Assembly: GCA_903896595.1 (NCBI GenBank)
Contig: CAITYL010000060.1
Span: 1-61,708, forward strand
Length of the DNA: 61,708 nt
Direction: 5' to 3'
From: an uncultured Lentisphaerota bacterium
GTDB lineage: Bacteria > Verrucomicrobiota > Lentisphaeria > Oligosphaerales > CAITYL01
The position numbers and the translations under genes were made by a program. Shown here in pieces: positions 42,932 through 52,460 of this stretch (within the stretch, counting starts at the first letter, position 1; every line of letters starts with the position of its first letter). The notes below the pieces were generated by a model that was not told where the DNA came from, did not search any database, and was given only the letters and a program-made list of their open reading frames with translations.

Positions 42932-42976
42932 CCATTCCAGCCGAAGTGACTGGAACCATATAGAAAAGGGGCGTCA

Positions 42977-43714
42977 ATGTTTCGCCGGTCATCACGTCAC
43001 ATCACGGTCATTCTGATGGCCATGCTGGCCGGGCTCGCTGGCGGCGGTTGCGCCTCCACCAGAATCACCGTGACGCCGCCAGTCAAAATGGCCGCCGTCC
43101 CGGAAAAGCCGGCAACCACCTACCGATTGGAACAGGCGACCCTGAAGTCCCAGCCGGCCACCGTCTGGCTCCCTGACGGCTGGCAAGGCCGCGGTTTTGC
43201 CGAACGATTCACCACCTTGGCGGAAAAGCGCTACCCCCGGCTGTTCAGCAACTCCCGCAACGCCATCCCCATTGCCGTACGGATTGACCTCGCGGTCAAG
43301 GCACAATCACAGGCCACGATTGCCGGGGCGGTGCTTACTTTTGGCATAATTGGCGGCATTTTCCCCAGCTTCCCCTGGACAACGGAATGGCAGGTAAAAA
43401 TACAGATTGAAGACATTCGCGAAGAAACCATCCTGACCACCGGTTTCAAAACAGAAGACCGCGGCTGGTTCAGCCTGTTCTCACCATTCGGCCTGATCAG
43501 CATCCCCGGCGAGTCGGACGCCCCCAAAGTTTCATCCACCGAGAGCTGCCCCGGCGTCCTTCCACGAGAACATTCCCAATACGCCGCCGAATGCATGATC
43601 GACCTGCTGGCCATGGAACTATTGAAACTGAATCCCGCCAAGCTGCGAACACGCCCGGCGGCCGGCGTCGCGGAATTCCCCACCCTGGACGCCCCCCCCC
43701 TGCCAAATTTTTAA
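42977..43714 (+). CDS. Hypothetical lipoprotein (paralog 1)
   Basis: Lipobox-like LAGGG-C; internal hydrophobic segment; ends ELLKLNPAKLR...LPNF. Confidence 0.8.
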   Translation: MFRRSSRHITVILMAMLAGLAGGGCASTRITVTPPVKMAAVPEKPATTYRLEQATLKSQPATVWLPDGWQGRGFAERFTTLAEKRYPRLFSNSRNAIPIAVRIDLAVKAQSQATIAGAVLTFGIIGGIFPSFPWTTEWQVKIQIEDIREETILTTGFKTEDRGWFSLFSPFGLISIPGESDAPKVSSTESCPGVLPREHSQYAAECMIDLLAMELLKLNPAKLRTRPAAGVAEFPTLDAPPLPNF

Positions 43715-43738
43715 CCGACACACAAGAATAGACTTACC

Positions 43739-44506
43739 ATGAAACGACTCCCCCGCCTGATGGCAATCATCACAGTTCTGGCGGGCCTGCTGGCCGGCGG
43801 CTGCATGTCCACCCGGATGACCTTCGAAGGCCGACCCAAGGTGACCCTGCCGGCCAAGGTCACCCGCCAGTACACCGTGGAAAAAGTGGACTTTGTCTGC
43901 GAAAACTGCCGCCGCGAAGCCGGCAGGTGGGGCAGCGGCGAGTGCCTGCACACCTTCCAGAGCTGGCGGAAAGGCGGCTTTGGCGAACAGATTCAACAAC
44001 GGGCGGAACTGCGCCATCCGCAATTGTTCAGCCACGCCCGCACCGCCATTCCCATCACCCTCCGCGCCACTTATAACAATGAAGATCACATGGGCGCCAT
44101 GATCGCGGTGGAATTGCTGACGCTCACCGCTTGCGGCGCCGTCTTCCCGTCCTGGCCGGCCGAGATGGATTACACCGTCCGCCTGGCCATCCTGGATCCG
44201 GAGGGACATCCCGTCCAGGACGCCGCCTGCACCGCCAAACTCGTGCAATGGGTCAGCCTCTTCACCCCCTTTGCGCTAATCAATGTCCCCGGCCCCTCCG
44301 AGGTGCCAAAATCCTCCTCCTGCATTCTCAATGCCACGTCGGAGGATAAGCTATTTTCCGACTACATCATGGACGCCTTGGCGGACACCTTGGCGGCGGA
44401 ACTGCTAAAACTGGATCCCGCCAAGCTGCGAGCAACCTCATCCGCCCCGACCACCGTCCCCATGGAAACGGTGACGCCCGACACCGTGACCCTGCCGAAT
44501 TTCTGA
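43739..44506 (+). CDS. Hypothetical lipoprotein (paralog 2)
   Basis: Lipobox LAGG-C; shares R.P.LFS..R.AIPI, FPS.P, W.SLF.PF.LI..PG.S..PK and ELLKL.PAKLR...LPNF with paralog 1. Confidence 0.8.
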   Translation: MKRLPRLMAIITVLAGLLAGGCMSTRMTFEGRPKVTLPAKVTRQYTVEKVDFVCENCRREAGRWGSGECLHTFQSWRKGGFGEQIQQRAELRHPQLFSHARTAIPITLRATYNNEDHMGAMIAVELLTLTACGAVFPSWPAEMDYTVRLAILDPEGHPVQDAACTAKLVQWVSLFTPFALINVPGPSEVPKSSSCILNATSEDKLFSDYIMDALADTLAAELLKLDPAKLRATSSAPTTVPMETVTPDTVTLPNF

Positions 44507-44583
44507 TCCTGCAGGGGCCAACCGACATGACTGCCATATCCCCATCAGTAACCGGTCACTGAGTGGGGGGTACGCTGGAAACG

Positions 44584-44677
44584 CGAACCGCAGATTGACG
44601 AATGCTGAGTTCCGAATCATGAAGGCATCCGAAAACTTCATCATTCTGCGGTTCAACATTCGGCAATCTGCGGTTCG
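44584..44677. repeat. Inverted degenerate repeat palindrome
   Basis: CGAACCGCAGATTGACGAATG ... CATTCGGCAATCTGCGGTTCG. Confidence 0.75.
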
Positions 44678-44767
44678 TCTTACCGTACCCCTTCATCAGT
44701 GACCCCTTACCCCCATCAGGCTCTTCCATTCGTGTGCCGTCCGGCCGAGGCGTTACATTATCCGGCT

Positions 44768-46087
44768 ATGTCGCTTTTTCTGTACAATCTCCTTTTGCCT
44801 TTTGTCATGCTGGTCTACCTGCCGGCGTTCATGATCAAAATGGTGCGGCGCGGCGGCGGCTGGCGCCACTTGGTGGAGCGCTTCGGCATCTTCACTAACA
44901 CCCAGCGCGTCGCGCTCCGCCAACTGCACGCCCCCGTCTGGGTGCATGCGGTGAGCGTGGGCGAGGTCGTGGCCGCCCTGGAGTTCATCCGCCGCTGGCG
45001 CGAGCGCCGGCCCGACGTGGAGGTGCTGCTTTCCGTCACCACCACCACCGGCCACGCCACCGCCCAGGCCCGGCTCCCCGAGCGGGTCCGGCTGATCTAT
45101 TGTCCGCTGGATTTTAGCTTCACCGTCCGCCGCGTCATGCGTCTGGTCCGCCCGCGCCTGCTGGTGATTTTTGAAGTCGAGATCTGGCCCAACCTGATCG
45201 CCGCCGCCGCCCGCGCCGGCGTGCCGGTGGCCCTCGCCAACGGCCGCCTGTCCGACCGTTCCGCCCGCGGGTACCGCCGGTTCGCCTGGTTCTTCCGCCC
45301 CCTGTTCCGCCGTTTTTCCCTGCTCTGCGTGCAAAGCGAGGCCGATGCCGAACGGCTGCGCGCCGTGGTCGGCCTGGACGCCCCCGTGCATGTCTGCAAC
45401 ACCATGAAGTTTGACCAGACGCCCGACCAGACCCAGCGCGACGCCAACGCCACCCTCGACGCGGTTTTCGGTTCCGGTCCCCGTTTGGTGTTTACCGCTG
45501 GCAGCACCCATCCCGGCGAGGAAGAAGCGGTGGCCGAGGCCTTTCTCAATCTCAAGCCCGAGTTTCCCCAGCTCAAACTGGTTCTGGTGCCCCGGCACCA
45601 TGAGCGGACCGCCCAGGTCGAAGCCGTGTTGCGCAACCGCGGCTTGGTCTGCCGTCTCCTCAAGACCCCGCCTGCGGAGTCCGCAACCACCGCCGCCGGC
45701 CGCCAGCCGCCAACGGTTGACGTGTTGCTGGTCAACACCACCGGCGAGCTGATGCGTTTTTATGGCGTCGCCGACGTCGCCTTTGTCGGCAAAAGCTTCG
45801 CCGGCAATCACGGCGGTCACAACATCATTGAGCCCGCCATTTTCGCCAAACCCGTCCTGCACGGCCCCAACCTGGAGAATTTCCGCCAGGTGGCCGAGAT
45901 TTTCCGCCGCGACCACGCCTCCATCGAAGTGGCCGACGCCGACGCCCTCGCCAGCACCCTGCGCGCCCTGCTGGCCAATCCTGCGGAACGCGAGGCGTTC
46001 GGCCGCCGCGCCCGGGCCACCGTCGAACGCCACCGCGGCGCCATCGCCCGCACTCTTGACCTGCTGGAACCCCTCACCGCGCCATGA
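44768..46087 (+). CDS. waaA: 3-deoxy-D-manno-octulosonic acid (Kdo) transferase
   Basis: WVHAVSVGE, YCPLD, EVEIWPNL, NGRLSDRS, GSTHPGEE, VPRHHER, TTGEL..FY, GGHNIIEPA, GPNLENF. Confidence 0.96.
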   Translation: MSLFLYNLLLPFVMLVYLPAFMIKMVRRGGGWRHLVERFGIFTNTQRVALRQLHAPVWVHAVSVGEVVAALEFIRRWRERRPDVEVLLSVTTTTGHATAQARLPERVRLIYCPLDFSFTVRRVMRLVRPRLLVIFEVEIWPNLIAAAARAGVPVALANGRLSDRSARGYRRFAWFFRPLFRRFSLLCVQSEADAERLRAVVGLDAPVHVCNTMKFDQTPDQTQRDANATLDAVFGSGPRLVFTAGSTHPGEEEAVAEAFLNLKPEFPQLKLVLVPRHHERTAQVEAVLRNRGLVCRLLKTPPAESATTAAGRQPPTVDVLLVNTTGELMRFYGVADVAFVGKSFAGNHGGHNIIEPAIFAKPVLHGPNLENFRQVAEIFRRDHASIEVADADALASTLRALLANPAEREAFGRRARATVERHRGAIARTLDLLEPLTAP

Positions 46088-47031
46088 CCGGCATCCTTTT
46101 TCTCCAGGTCGCCTGCCTGCTCCTGCTGATCGCCCCCGGCTACTGGCTGCGGCGCAGCGGCGTGCTGACCGAAACCGGCACCACGGAACTGGCCAAACTG
46201 CTCATGCGCGCCATCTACCCGTGCCTGGTCTATGGCGCCGTCGTCGGCAACTTCACCACCGGCCGCCTCCTGGCCCTGTGGCCGTTGCCGGTGGCCGTGC
46301 TGGGGTTCATGTGGCTCGGCTTTTTCATCGGCCTGGTCGCCGCTGGCCGTTGCCGGTTCGCCAGCCCGGCCCAAAAACAGGCATTCCTCTTCCAGTGCGC
46401 CTTCAACAACTATTCATTCCTGCCCATGCCGCTGGTGGCCATGCTGTATGGCGACACCGGCGTGGCCCTGCTTATCGTCTCCTCCCTCGGCGCGGAAATC
46501 GCCATCTGGACCTTGGGCGTCGCCATTGTGCACAACCGCGGCATCAGCTGGCGCAACCTCCGTTCCCTGGCCAATCCGGTGCTGCTCATGCTGGCCGCCG
46601 CCCTGCTCACCATCGTCATTCGCGACGCCGTCGCGCCGCACGTCCCGCCGCCCCTGGCGACCGTGGCCGCGGCCGTACTGGGCACCCTGCAAATGGCCGG
46701 CAAGGCGACCATTCCCATCTCCATGGTGATTGCCGGCAGCTGCTTCGCCACCCTCGCCGCCGGCACTCTGCGCGAACCCCGGGCGTGGCTGGCCGCCGGC
46801 CTGCGCCTGGTGGCCATCCCCATCGTCGCCCTGCTGCTCCTGCGCCTGCTCCCCCTCCCCATCGCGGAACGCCAGGTGCTCACCTTGGTCGCCGTCATGC
46901 CCGTCTCCCTCGCCAGCATCACCTTTGCCAAGGTCTTCCACGGTGATGAGGCATTCATCTCCAGCACCGTCCTGATCACCCACCTCCTCGCCCTGGCCAC
47001 CATTCCGCTCCTGCTGGCCCTCGCCCTGTAA
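46084..47031 (+). CDS. AEC (auxin efflux carrier) family transporter
   Basis: About 10 TM; FNNYSFLPMPL, NPVL, PISMVIAG, MPVS; ATGA overlap with waaA. Confidence 0.88.
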   Translation: MTGILFLQVACLLLLIAPGYWLRRSGVLTETGTTELAKLLMRAIYPCLVYGAVVGNFTTGRLLALWPLPVAVLGFMWLGFFIGLVAAGRCRFASPAQKQAFLFQCAFNNYSFLPMPLVAMLYGDTGVALLIVSSLGAEIAIWTLGVAIVHNRGISWRNLRSLANPVLLMLAAALLTIVIRDAVAPHVPPPLATVAAAVLGTLQMAGKATIPISMVIAGSCFATLAAGTLREPRAWLAAGLRLVAIPIVALLLLRLLPLPIAERQVLTLVAVMPVSLASITFAKVFHGDEAFISSTVLITHLLALATIPLLLALAL

Positions 47032-47071
47032 CGAACCAGACAACTGAAACCGCATATTTCGGAGACGATTC

Positions 47072-47716
47072 ATGACTTCTACCGCCCAGGCCTTTGCCCA
47101 CCCGCGCGAGGATGTCGCGCGCTGCATGCGCCGGCTGTATGAACACGGGCTGACGACCACTTCCGGCGGGAATATTTCGTTGCGCGCCGACGACCGGCAT
47201 GTGCTGCTCACAGCCTCGAAATTCGACAAGGGCACGCTCACCGGCGACCAGGTCGGCATCTTGACCCTGGACGGCGCCAACCTGACCCCCGAGCTGACCC
47301 CCAGTATTGAGGCGGGCATGCATCTGGCGATCTACCGGCAACGCCCGGACGTCACGGCGGTGGTCCATGCCCACCCGGTCACCGCCAGCGCGTTCTGCTG
47401 CGGCACGATTCCCCTCGACTGCCGCTTGCTGGCCGAATCGTACGCCATTGTCGGCGACCCGGGGTACGCCGCCTATGCGCTGATGGGGACGCCGGAACTG
47501 GCGGTCATCGTCGCGGACACCGCCAGCCGCCACAACTGCGTGCTGATGGCAAACCACGGCGTGCTGACCGTTGGGCGCAGCCTGACGGAAGCGTTCGACC
47601 GGCTGGAGGTGCTGGAGACCGCCGCCCGCCTGAACCTCATCACCCGCCAGCTCGGCGGCGCCCTTCCGCTCACCCGGGAACAGTTGGCGGCCATTGACGC
47701 CATGATGGGGCGGTAG
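47072..47716 (+). CDS. Class II aldolase/adducin family protein (FucA-like)
   Basis: GGNISLR, PSIEAGMHLAIY, AVVHAHP, LMANHGV; GGAG RBS. Confidence 0.93.
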   Translation: MTSTAQAFAHPREDVARCMRRLYEHGLTTTSGGNISLRADDRHVLLTASKFDKGTLTGDQVGILTLDGANLTPELTPSIEAGMHLAIYRQRPDVTAVVHAHPVTASAFCCGTIPLDCRLLAESYAIVGDPGYAAYALMGTPELAVIVADTASRHNCVLMANHGVLTVGRSLTEAFDRLEVLETAARLNLITRQLGGALPLTREQLAAIDAMMGR

Positions 47717-48175
47717 ACTGCGTTAGGCTGAAGCTTATTAGGCCGTAGGCTAAAGGTAGATGCACTTGCAAAACCCGCAAAAAGCCTGCATATACAACCG
47801 TCCCGAAGGCCAGGTCGGCGTTATTTCGAGACCGGGAGCCGCCCGGCCTCGGGCGGACAAAGACGGCGTCACCCCGGTTCCGCCCTTTTTACAGGGCCGC
47901 CGTCACGCCAAACTAATGTCCCGCGTCTTCAGAGCCTCGACAACCAAAACCTCACCCTGCCGCAAGATAAATCCAGCTGGCGTTCACAGCCCAGAGAAAA
48001 CCGTGGGGATTTTTCTCAACAGTGAGAGAAATCGTAAAAAAGAAATCATCTCCGTCTCCCCTTATTTACCAGATCACTAGGCTATCCGCATTTATCAAGC
48101 AAATTTCATGCCATCTAGATAAACCATTTTTTCTGCTTATAGTCACCCCTGGTAGTCGGCGAGGCTATCAACCAC

Positions 48176-49051
48176 ATGACTTGGCCACACGGAAAAATTT
48201 GGATAAAGACAGTGGCTGCCATGGCCTTGCTCGCGATGGTGTTCACGGGGGGATGCCTGACGCCACCCGCCTTCGAAGGCCTGCCGAGCCAGCCCGTGAT
48301 TGTCTTGGCCGCCCCCGGCAGCCCGCTTCCCACCGCCCACCAGATTTACGCGGAGATTGGCGCCCATTGTCATGCGCGCTTCCCCGGCTGCGAAATTCGC
48401 TGGGCCTTCAGTGATGAAACCGTGGTCGCCGCGTTGCGCAGTCAGAACCTGGCCTGTCAGACTCCGCGGGAAACCGCCAAAACCTTGACTGCGGGGAGCC
48501 ATTCCGCCCTGGCCTGGCAGTCGCTGCATCTGCTTCCCGGCGAAGGACTCGCCGCCATCGCCGCAGTTGACTTCGATGAGATGGCGGTCACCGGCGGGGC
48601 GCCGCTGCTCAACTCGGACCGGGACTATTACACCGTCATGGAAGCCTTGGAACCGTTGATCCGGCCCAACCAACCCAATGTGCTGGTTTGCCATGGCGAC
48701 GGTCGCCGGGGCGGGGACAACCGGGAACTCCTGGCCCTGGCCGACATGCTGACGGCACGCCATCCCAATCTTATGGTGGCCTTCCGCAACGGTGCCCCCG
48801 GCGCCGCCGCCGCCCTGGTCCGCGCCCGCGCCATGGCACGCCCGAGCGGCGCGGTGCATTTCATCCCCTTCATGCTGGTCCCCGACGCGTTTCTCATCCA
48901 AGAGGTAATGGGCGACGCGCCCAACTCCTGGAAAAACCAGGTTGGCGCCGCCCGTGTCACCTGCTCCGAACCGCTCGGCCGCAACCCGCGCATCCTCGCC
49001 ATCTATCTCCAGCACCTCGAACAGGCCATTCACAATCTGTTGGAAGAGTGA
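48176..49051 (+). CDS. CbiK-like chelatase-fold lipoprotein, degenerate
   Basis: Lipobox-like FTGG-C; IRWAFS, QSLHLLPGEG, VCHG, PFMLV...SWK and PLG.NP.I..IYL.H match the CbiK layout. The usual AGDHA is replaced by PDAFL. Confidence 0.75.
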   Translation: MTWPHGKIWIKTVAAMALLAMVFTGGCLTPPAFEGLPSQPVIVLAAPGSPLPTAHQIYAEIGAHCHARFPGCEIRWAFSDETVVAALRSQNLACQTPRETAKTLTAGSHSALAWQSLHLLPGEGLAAIAAVDFDEMAVTGGAPLLNSDRDYYTVMEALEPLIRPNQPNVLVCHGDGRRGGDNRELLALADMLTARHPNLMVAFRNGAPGAAAALVRARAMARPSGAVHFIPFMLVPDAFLIQEVMGDAPNSWKNQVGAARVTCSEPLGRNPRILAIYLQHLEQAIHNLLEE

Positions 49052-49162
49052 CCTTCGGGCCTTCCGCCCCAACGGGGCTGGGGAGAATAGCCCCAGAACT
49101 CCTGACCCGCCCGCTTGAATCGTGCGGGAGTACCGGAAGGGCGCCGGCGCGAACGTGGTTTT

Positions 49163-49281
49163 ATAGGACCATTGGGACTCTTGGGACCATTGGGACCATT
49201 AGGACCATTGGGACTGGCCGCGGGTGGTTTCCGCCGGCGTCCTAATGGTCGCAAGTGTCCCAATGGTCCCAATGGTCCTAT
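49163..49281. repeat. Inverted arrays of GGACCATTG nonamers
   Basis: About 5.5 units at 49166-49215 and about 4 inverted units at 49239-49281, between convergent genes. Confidence 0.9.
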
Positions 49282-49372
49282 TTTTTCGCCGGGGCCTTTT
49301 TCACCCGTCCCTACTCGGTGTACTCGGTGCCGCCCCGTTGGGGCTCAAAAAACCGGGCTCAAAAAACCGTGT

Positions 49373-50317
49373 TTATTCCAAACGGCGGAGAACCGGGCGG
49401 ACGAACTGGAACAGGCCGACTTGGGACACGCCAACAATGAGAACGGTCATCACCAAGCGGTCCAGAAGCGAGGCCGCCACCGACAGCGACGGGTCGCAAA
49501 AGCTGAACATCACGTAACCGATGGCCGCCTCGCGAAAACCAAGGGCGCCCGGGGTGATGCTGATGAACAGCATGAACTGCGAGCAGATGGAGGCCACCAG
49601 CAGAATCGGAAAGTTCCAGCCGACGCCGACGGCGCAGAACGCCAGTTGCAAGCGCAGGGCGCGCAATAATACCACGGCCAATTGGATGGCCAGGAGGCGC
49701 CCCGTCAGCCGCGGATCCGAGCGGAAAAAACTCCAGGTCTTGGCGAACCGGCGCAGGAGGTTGGCGAGCCGGTGGCTCCACCTTTCCGGCACGGGCAGCG
49801 GAAAGACGCACAGAACGATGCTGCCGAACAGCACGGCGGCAAACAGCAGAAACAGCGGGACGGCACCGGCCAGGGTGTAGCCATGGCCGAACGTCACCAG
49901 CCAGCCCATGGCCGCCAAACCGCAGGCGCCAGCGCAGACCAACTGCAAGGTGAAGGTCGGCATGACCAGCGCGACATAATCGGTGTAGGCCACGCCGTAT
50001 TTCTTGTTCAGATACATAGCCGGCGGCCCCATGCCGGCATGAGGCACCAGCAGGTTGGTGTAACTCATGACCATGTTCAGCATGAACGCTTCGTACCCGC
50101 GAATGGCGCAGCCCAGGCGGTTCAGGGCCAGGCGCAGCACCTCCCCATTGCAGTAACGGGTCAGCAGGTAAACGGCGCCATTGGCCAGCACCCACCACGG
50201 TGGCACCTCGCGCAGACGGCCGATCCCGCCCAGGTATTTGCGGCCGGCATAACAGAAAAGGGCCGTCACCCCCAGGCCCACTCCCCAGCGCAAGGCGGTT
50301 GCCACCGGTTTTTTCAT
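49373..50317 (-). CDS. Lysylphosphatidylglycerol synthase TM (flippase-like) domain protein
   Basis: About 8 TM; NLLVPHAG, YLNKKYGV, ISITPGALGFREA, SLLDRL. Start MKKPV by ATGA overlap. Confidence 0.85.
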   Translation of the reverse strand: MKKPVATALRWGVGLGVTALFCYAGRKYLGGIGRLREVPPWWVLANGAVYLLTRYCNGEVLRLALNRLGCAIRGYEAFMLNMVMSYTNLLVPHAGMGPPAMYLNKKYGVAYTDYVALVMPTFTLQLVCAGACGLAAMGWLVTFGHGYTLAGAVPLFLLFAAVLFGSIVLCVFPLPVPERWSHRLANLLRRFAKTWSFFRSDPRLTGRLLAIQLAVVLLRALRLQLAFCAVGVGWNFPILLVASICSQFMLFISITPGALGFREAAIGYVMFSFCDPSLSVAASLLDRLVMTVLIVGVSQVGLFQFVRPVLRRLE

Positions 50318-51399
50318 GGCGCGGTCATTTCCGTCTCCGCCGCCACGTGGGCGGCAATATCGCTGCTCCAGGTGGCGCCCAATTCCAAGCGCCAAACGGG
50401 AAGCGACGCCAGGAAAGACGGCACCGGCGGAAGCGGCCCCAGCAAAGCAGAGAAGATGCCGCTGCCGGGAAAGGCGTATTCATAAGCCATCAGCATCCGG
50501 GACATATTGCAGAGCTGCCGGTGCCGGCGCTGGTTCTTCACCAGTTCCACCTGCTCCAACCGCAGCAGGTTGCCCCACAAGGTGGCCGGTGTTGCCGGCA
50601 GCAGGCGGTGTGAGGTGGCGGCGCGGGGCACGGACTCGACCAGCACCACCCCTTTGAGCGGAGCCGCCGCGCCGAAACGCCATCCCGGCGGCATGACCGG
50701 CGCCTGCCCGGACCACAGCCGTCGCACCAGCGTCAGCCGGTTCTGGGCCGGCGCGCGGCCGGCGGCCACATCCGCGGCGCTCAAACTGAGAACCATCGGA
50801 TGTTCCGGCAGCGGCAGCACCGTGCCATCATCCCGCAGCACAGCCAGGTCGTCGCCGAGAAAAGCGCCACCGTGCCGCAGACACCATTCCAGGATCAGCC
50901 GGGTCTTGCCCGCACCGTTGGCGCCACAGACCAGCACCGTGCCCTTGGCGGTGGCCACGGCACCGGCGTGCAGGAGCCGGGCGCCCCGCTGGCGCAACCA
51001 CCAGTCCAGCATGGGTTCCAAATAAAAATTAACGCCGCGCAGGCCACGGCTCAACCGGCCGGTGAAAGACTCGCCGTAAGGCACATGGCGAAGACGGACG
51101 GAGCCACCGTCCAGCCCGGTCATTTCCGTGGCGCCCAACCCGTGCTCGCCGCGGAAGAACAGGTAATTGGGGGCGATCGAGAAATCCTTGTCAATGACCA
51201 GGCACTCCGGCGGCAGGGCGGGCGTAAACGGGCCGATGGCCATCTCCAAGTCCGGCGCCTGTCCGGCCGGCAGAGACGCGGTAAAAGCGGCAAGCTTGCT
51301 ATTGATCAGGGCCGTGCGCAACCGCCCGGCGTTGCCCAGGCGAAGACGGAGGCGCGCCACTTCGGGAATGGCATAGTCCAAAATCACGTCGGCGTTCAT
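50314..51399 (-). CDS. HPr-kinase-related P-loop protein 2
   Basis: LLHAGAV...CGANGAGKT...GAFLGDD signature. Start MNADV by ATGA overlap. Confidence 0.75.
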   Translation of the reverse strand: MNADVILDYAIPEVARLRLRLGNAGRLRTALINSKLAAFTASLPAGQAPDLEMAIGPFTPALPPECLVIDKDFSIAPNYLFFRGEHGLGATEMTGLDGGSVRLRHVPYGESFTGRLSRGLRGVNFYLEPMLDWWLRQRGARLLHAGAVATAKGTVLVCGANGAGKTRLILEWCLRHGGAFLGDDLAVLRDDGTVLPLPEHPMVLSLSAADVAAGRAPAQNRLTLVRRLWSGQAPVMPPGWRFGAAAPLKGVVLVESVPRAATSHRLLPATPATLWGNLLRLEQVELVKNQRRHRQLCNMSRMLMAYEYAFPGSGIFSALLGPLPPVPSFLASLPVWRLELGATWSSDIAAHVAAETEMTAP

Positions 51400-52460
51400 A
51401 CTAAGGCTCCGTCCTGCGTCAGGCAGCGGTGGATCGCGTCGACCATGGCGGGAGTAATGCGCCGCTCCACAACCACGTCCAGGAACGCCGCCGTGGCGGG
51501 GAACGCCCGGTCGAGATTCTCCTTCAGGCGGCTCCAATGGGCGGCGACCAGGCCGTCGGGGAAAACCGCCGCATAGGCCTGCATGTAGCGGTAATAGGCC
51601 TCCCGGTCCATCATGTCGTTGGCCACCAGCCGCTGAATGGCGACGGGGCGGGCCAGGGGACGCATGGCAAACCGCGGCCCTTGGGAGAAGGTCAGGACGT
51701 GGCGCAGTGGCGCATGTTCCGCCACGATCTCCGGAAACAGGTCGCGCAGCACAATCGGCGTGCTTTTCTTGAGGTACCCCAGCGACACGCGGCGCAGGAA
51801 CGCCTTGCCCCACATGTCCAGGCGGTGCCCCAGCGGCATACGGTCGTAGATATTGCGGGCGACATTGTAATCATGCACGTTGACAGGGGTATGAAAGCTC
51901 CAGGCCTGGCCGGCATGAACCCCGACCCAATTGTCCCCGAGCAGGGCGGCGCCGCGACCGACCAGTTGCATGGCCAGGGTGCTCTTGCCGACGCCGCTGC
52001 GGCCGCTCAGCAGGCTGGCCTGACCGCCAATGACAACGCCGCAACTATGCACCACCGGCGCGCCTTTCAGCGCCAGCAAATAACGCACCGTGCAGTCGAT
52101 CAACCGGGAACCGAGGGCCACCGTGCCCAGCCCTCCCGGCTCGATTCGCAACCGTACTTTTCCGGTGTCCCAGCCGCGAATCTCCACCTTCCAAGACAAC
52201 ACTTTGTAGTCATCCTCGCAACCGAAGTAATCCGGGGCCACCCAAAACTTGCGGTTGACCCGGCGGGCATCGGCGGGCGGCGCCAGCTTGAACGGACCGA
52301 TCTCCACGTCCAAATCCAGGGCGTCCAGCGGGACCTCCGGCACGTTAAAATGGATATACCCGCGCAACGGTTCAATCAGCAGCCGTTCCCGGATGCCAAT
52401 GGTGTCCCGAAGGCGCAGGGTCAAAAAATCATGGATGCGAAAAAAATGCGTGGTTTTCAT
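51396..52460 (-). CDS. HPr-kinase-related P-loop protein 1
   Basis: VVHSCGV...SGRSGVGKST...ALLGDNW. Start MKTTH by ATGA overlap. Confidence 0.75.
   Translation of the reverse strand: MKTTHFFRIHDFLTLRLRDTIGIRERLLIEPLRGYIHFNVPEVPLDALDLDVEIGPFKLAPPADARRVNRKFWVAPDYFGCEDDYKVLSWKVEIRGWDTGKVRLRIEPGGLGTVALGSRLIDCTVRYLLALKGAPVVHSCGVVIGGQASLLSGRSGVGKSTLAMQLVGRGAALLGDNWVGVHAGQAWSFHTPVNVHDYNVARNIYDRMPLGHRLDMWGKAFLRRVSLGYLKKSTPIVLRDLFPEIVAEHAPLRHVLTFSQGPRFAMRPLARPVAIQRLVANDMMDREAYYRYMQAYAAVFPDGLVAAHWSRLKENLDRAFPATAAFLDVVVERRITPAMVDAIHRCLTQDGALV

Noticed and set aside
47760-48175. Cobalamin riboswitch upstream of the CbiK-like gene (also sought before the corrinoid gene)
   Set aside because: I could not find the conserved GGGAA, GCCACTG or B12-box elements by eye. 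An Infernal search with the Rfam cobalamin models would settle it.
49163-49281. Collagen-like GPL repeat ORF (49115-49669) and its antisense ORF
   Set aside because: A translation artefact of the 9-bp inverted tandem repeat; it overlaps the flippase gene in antisense.
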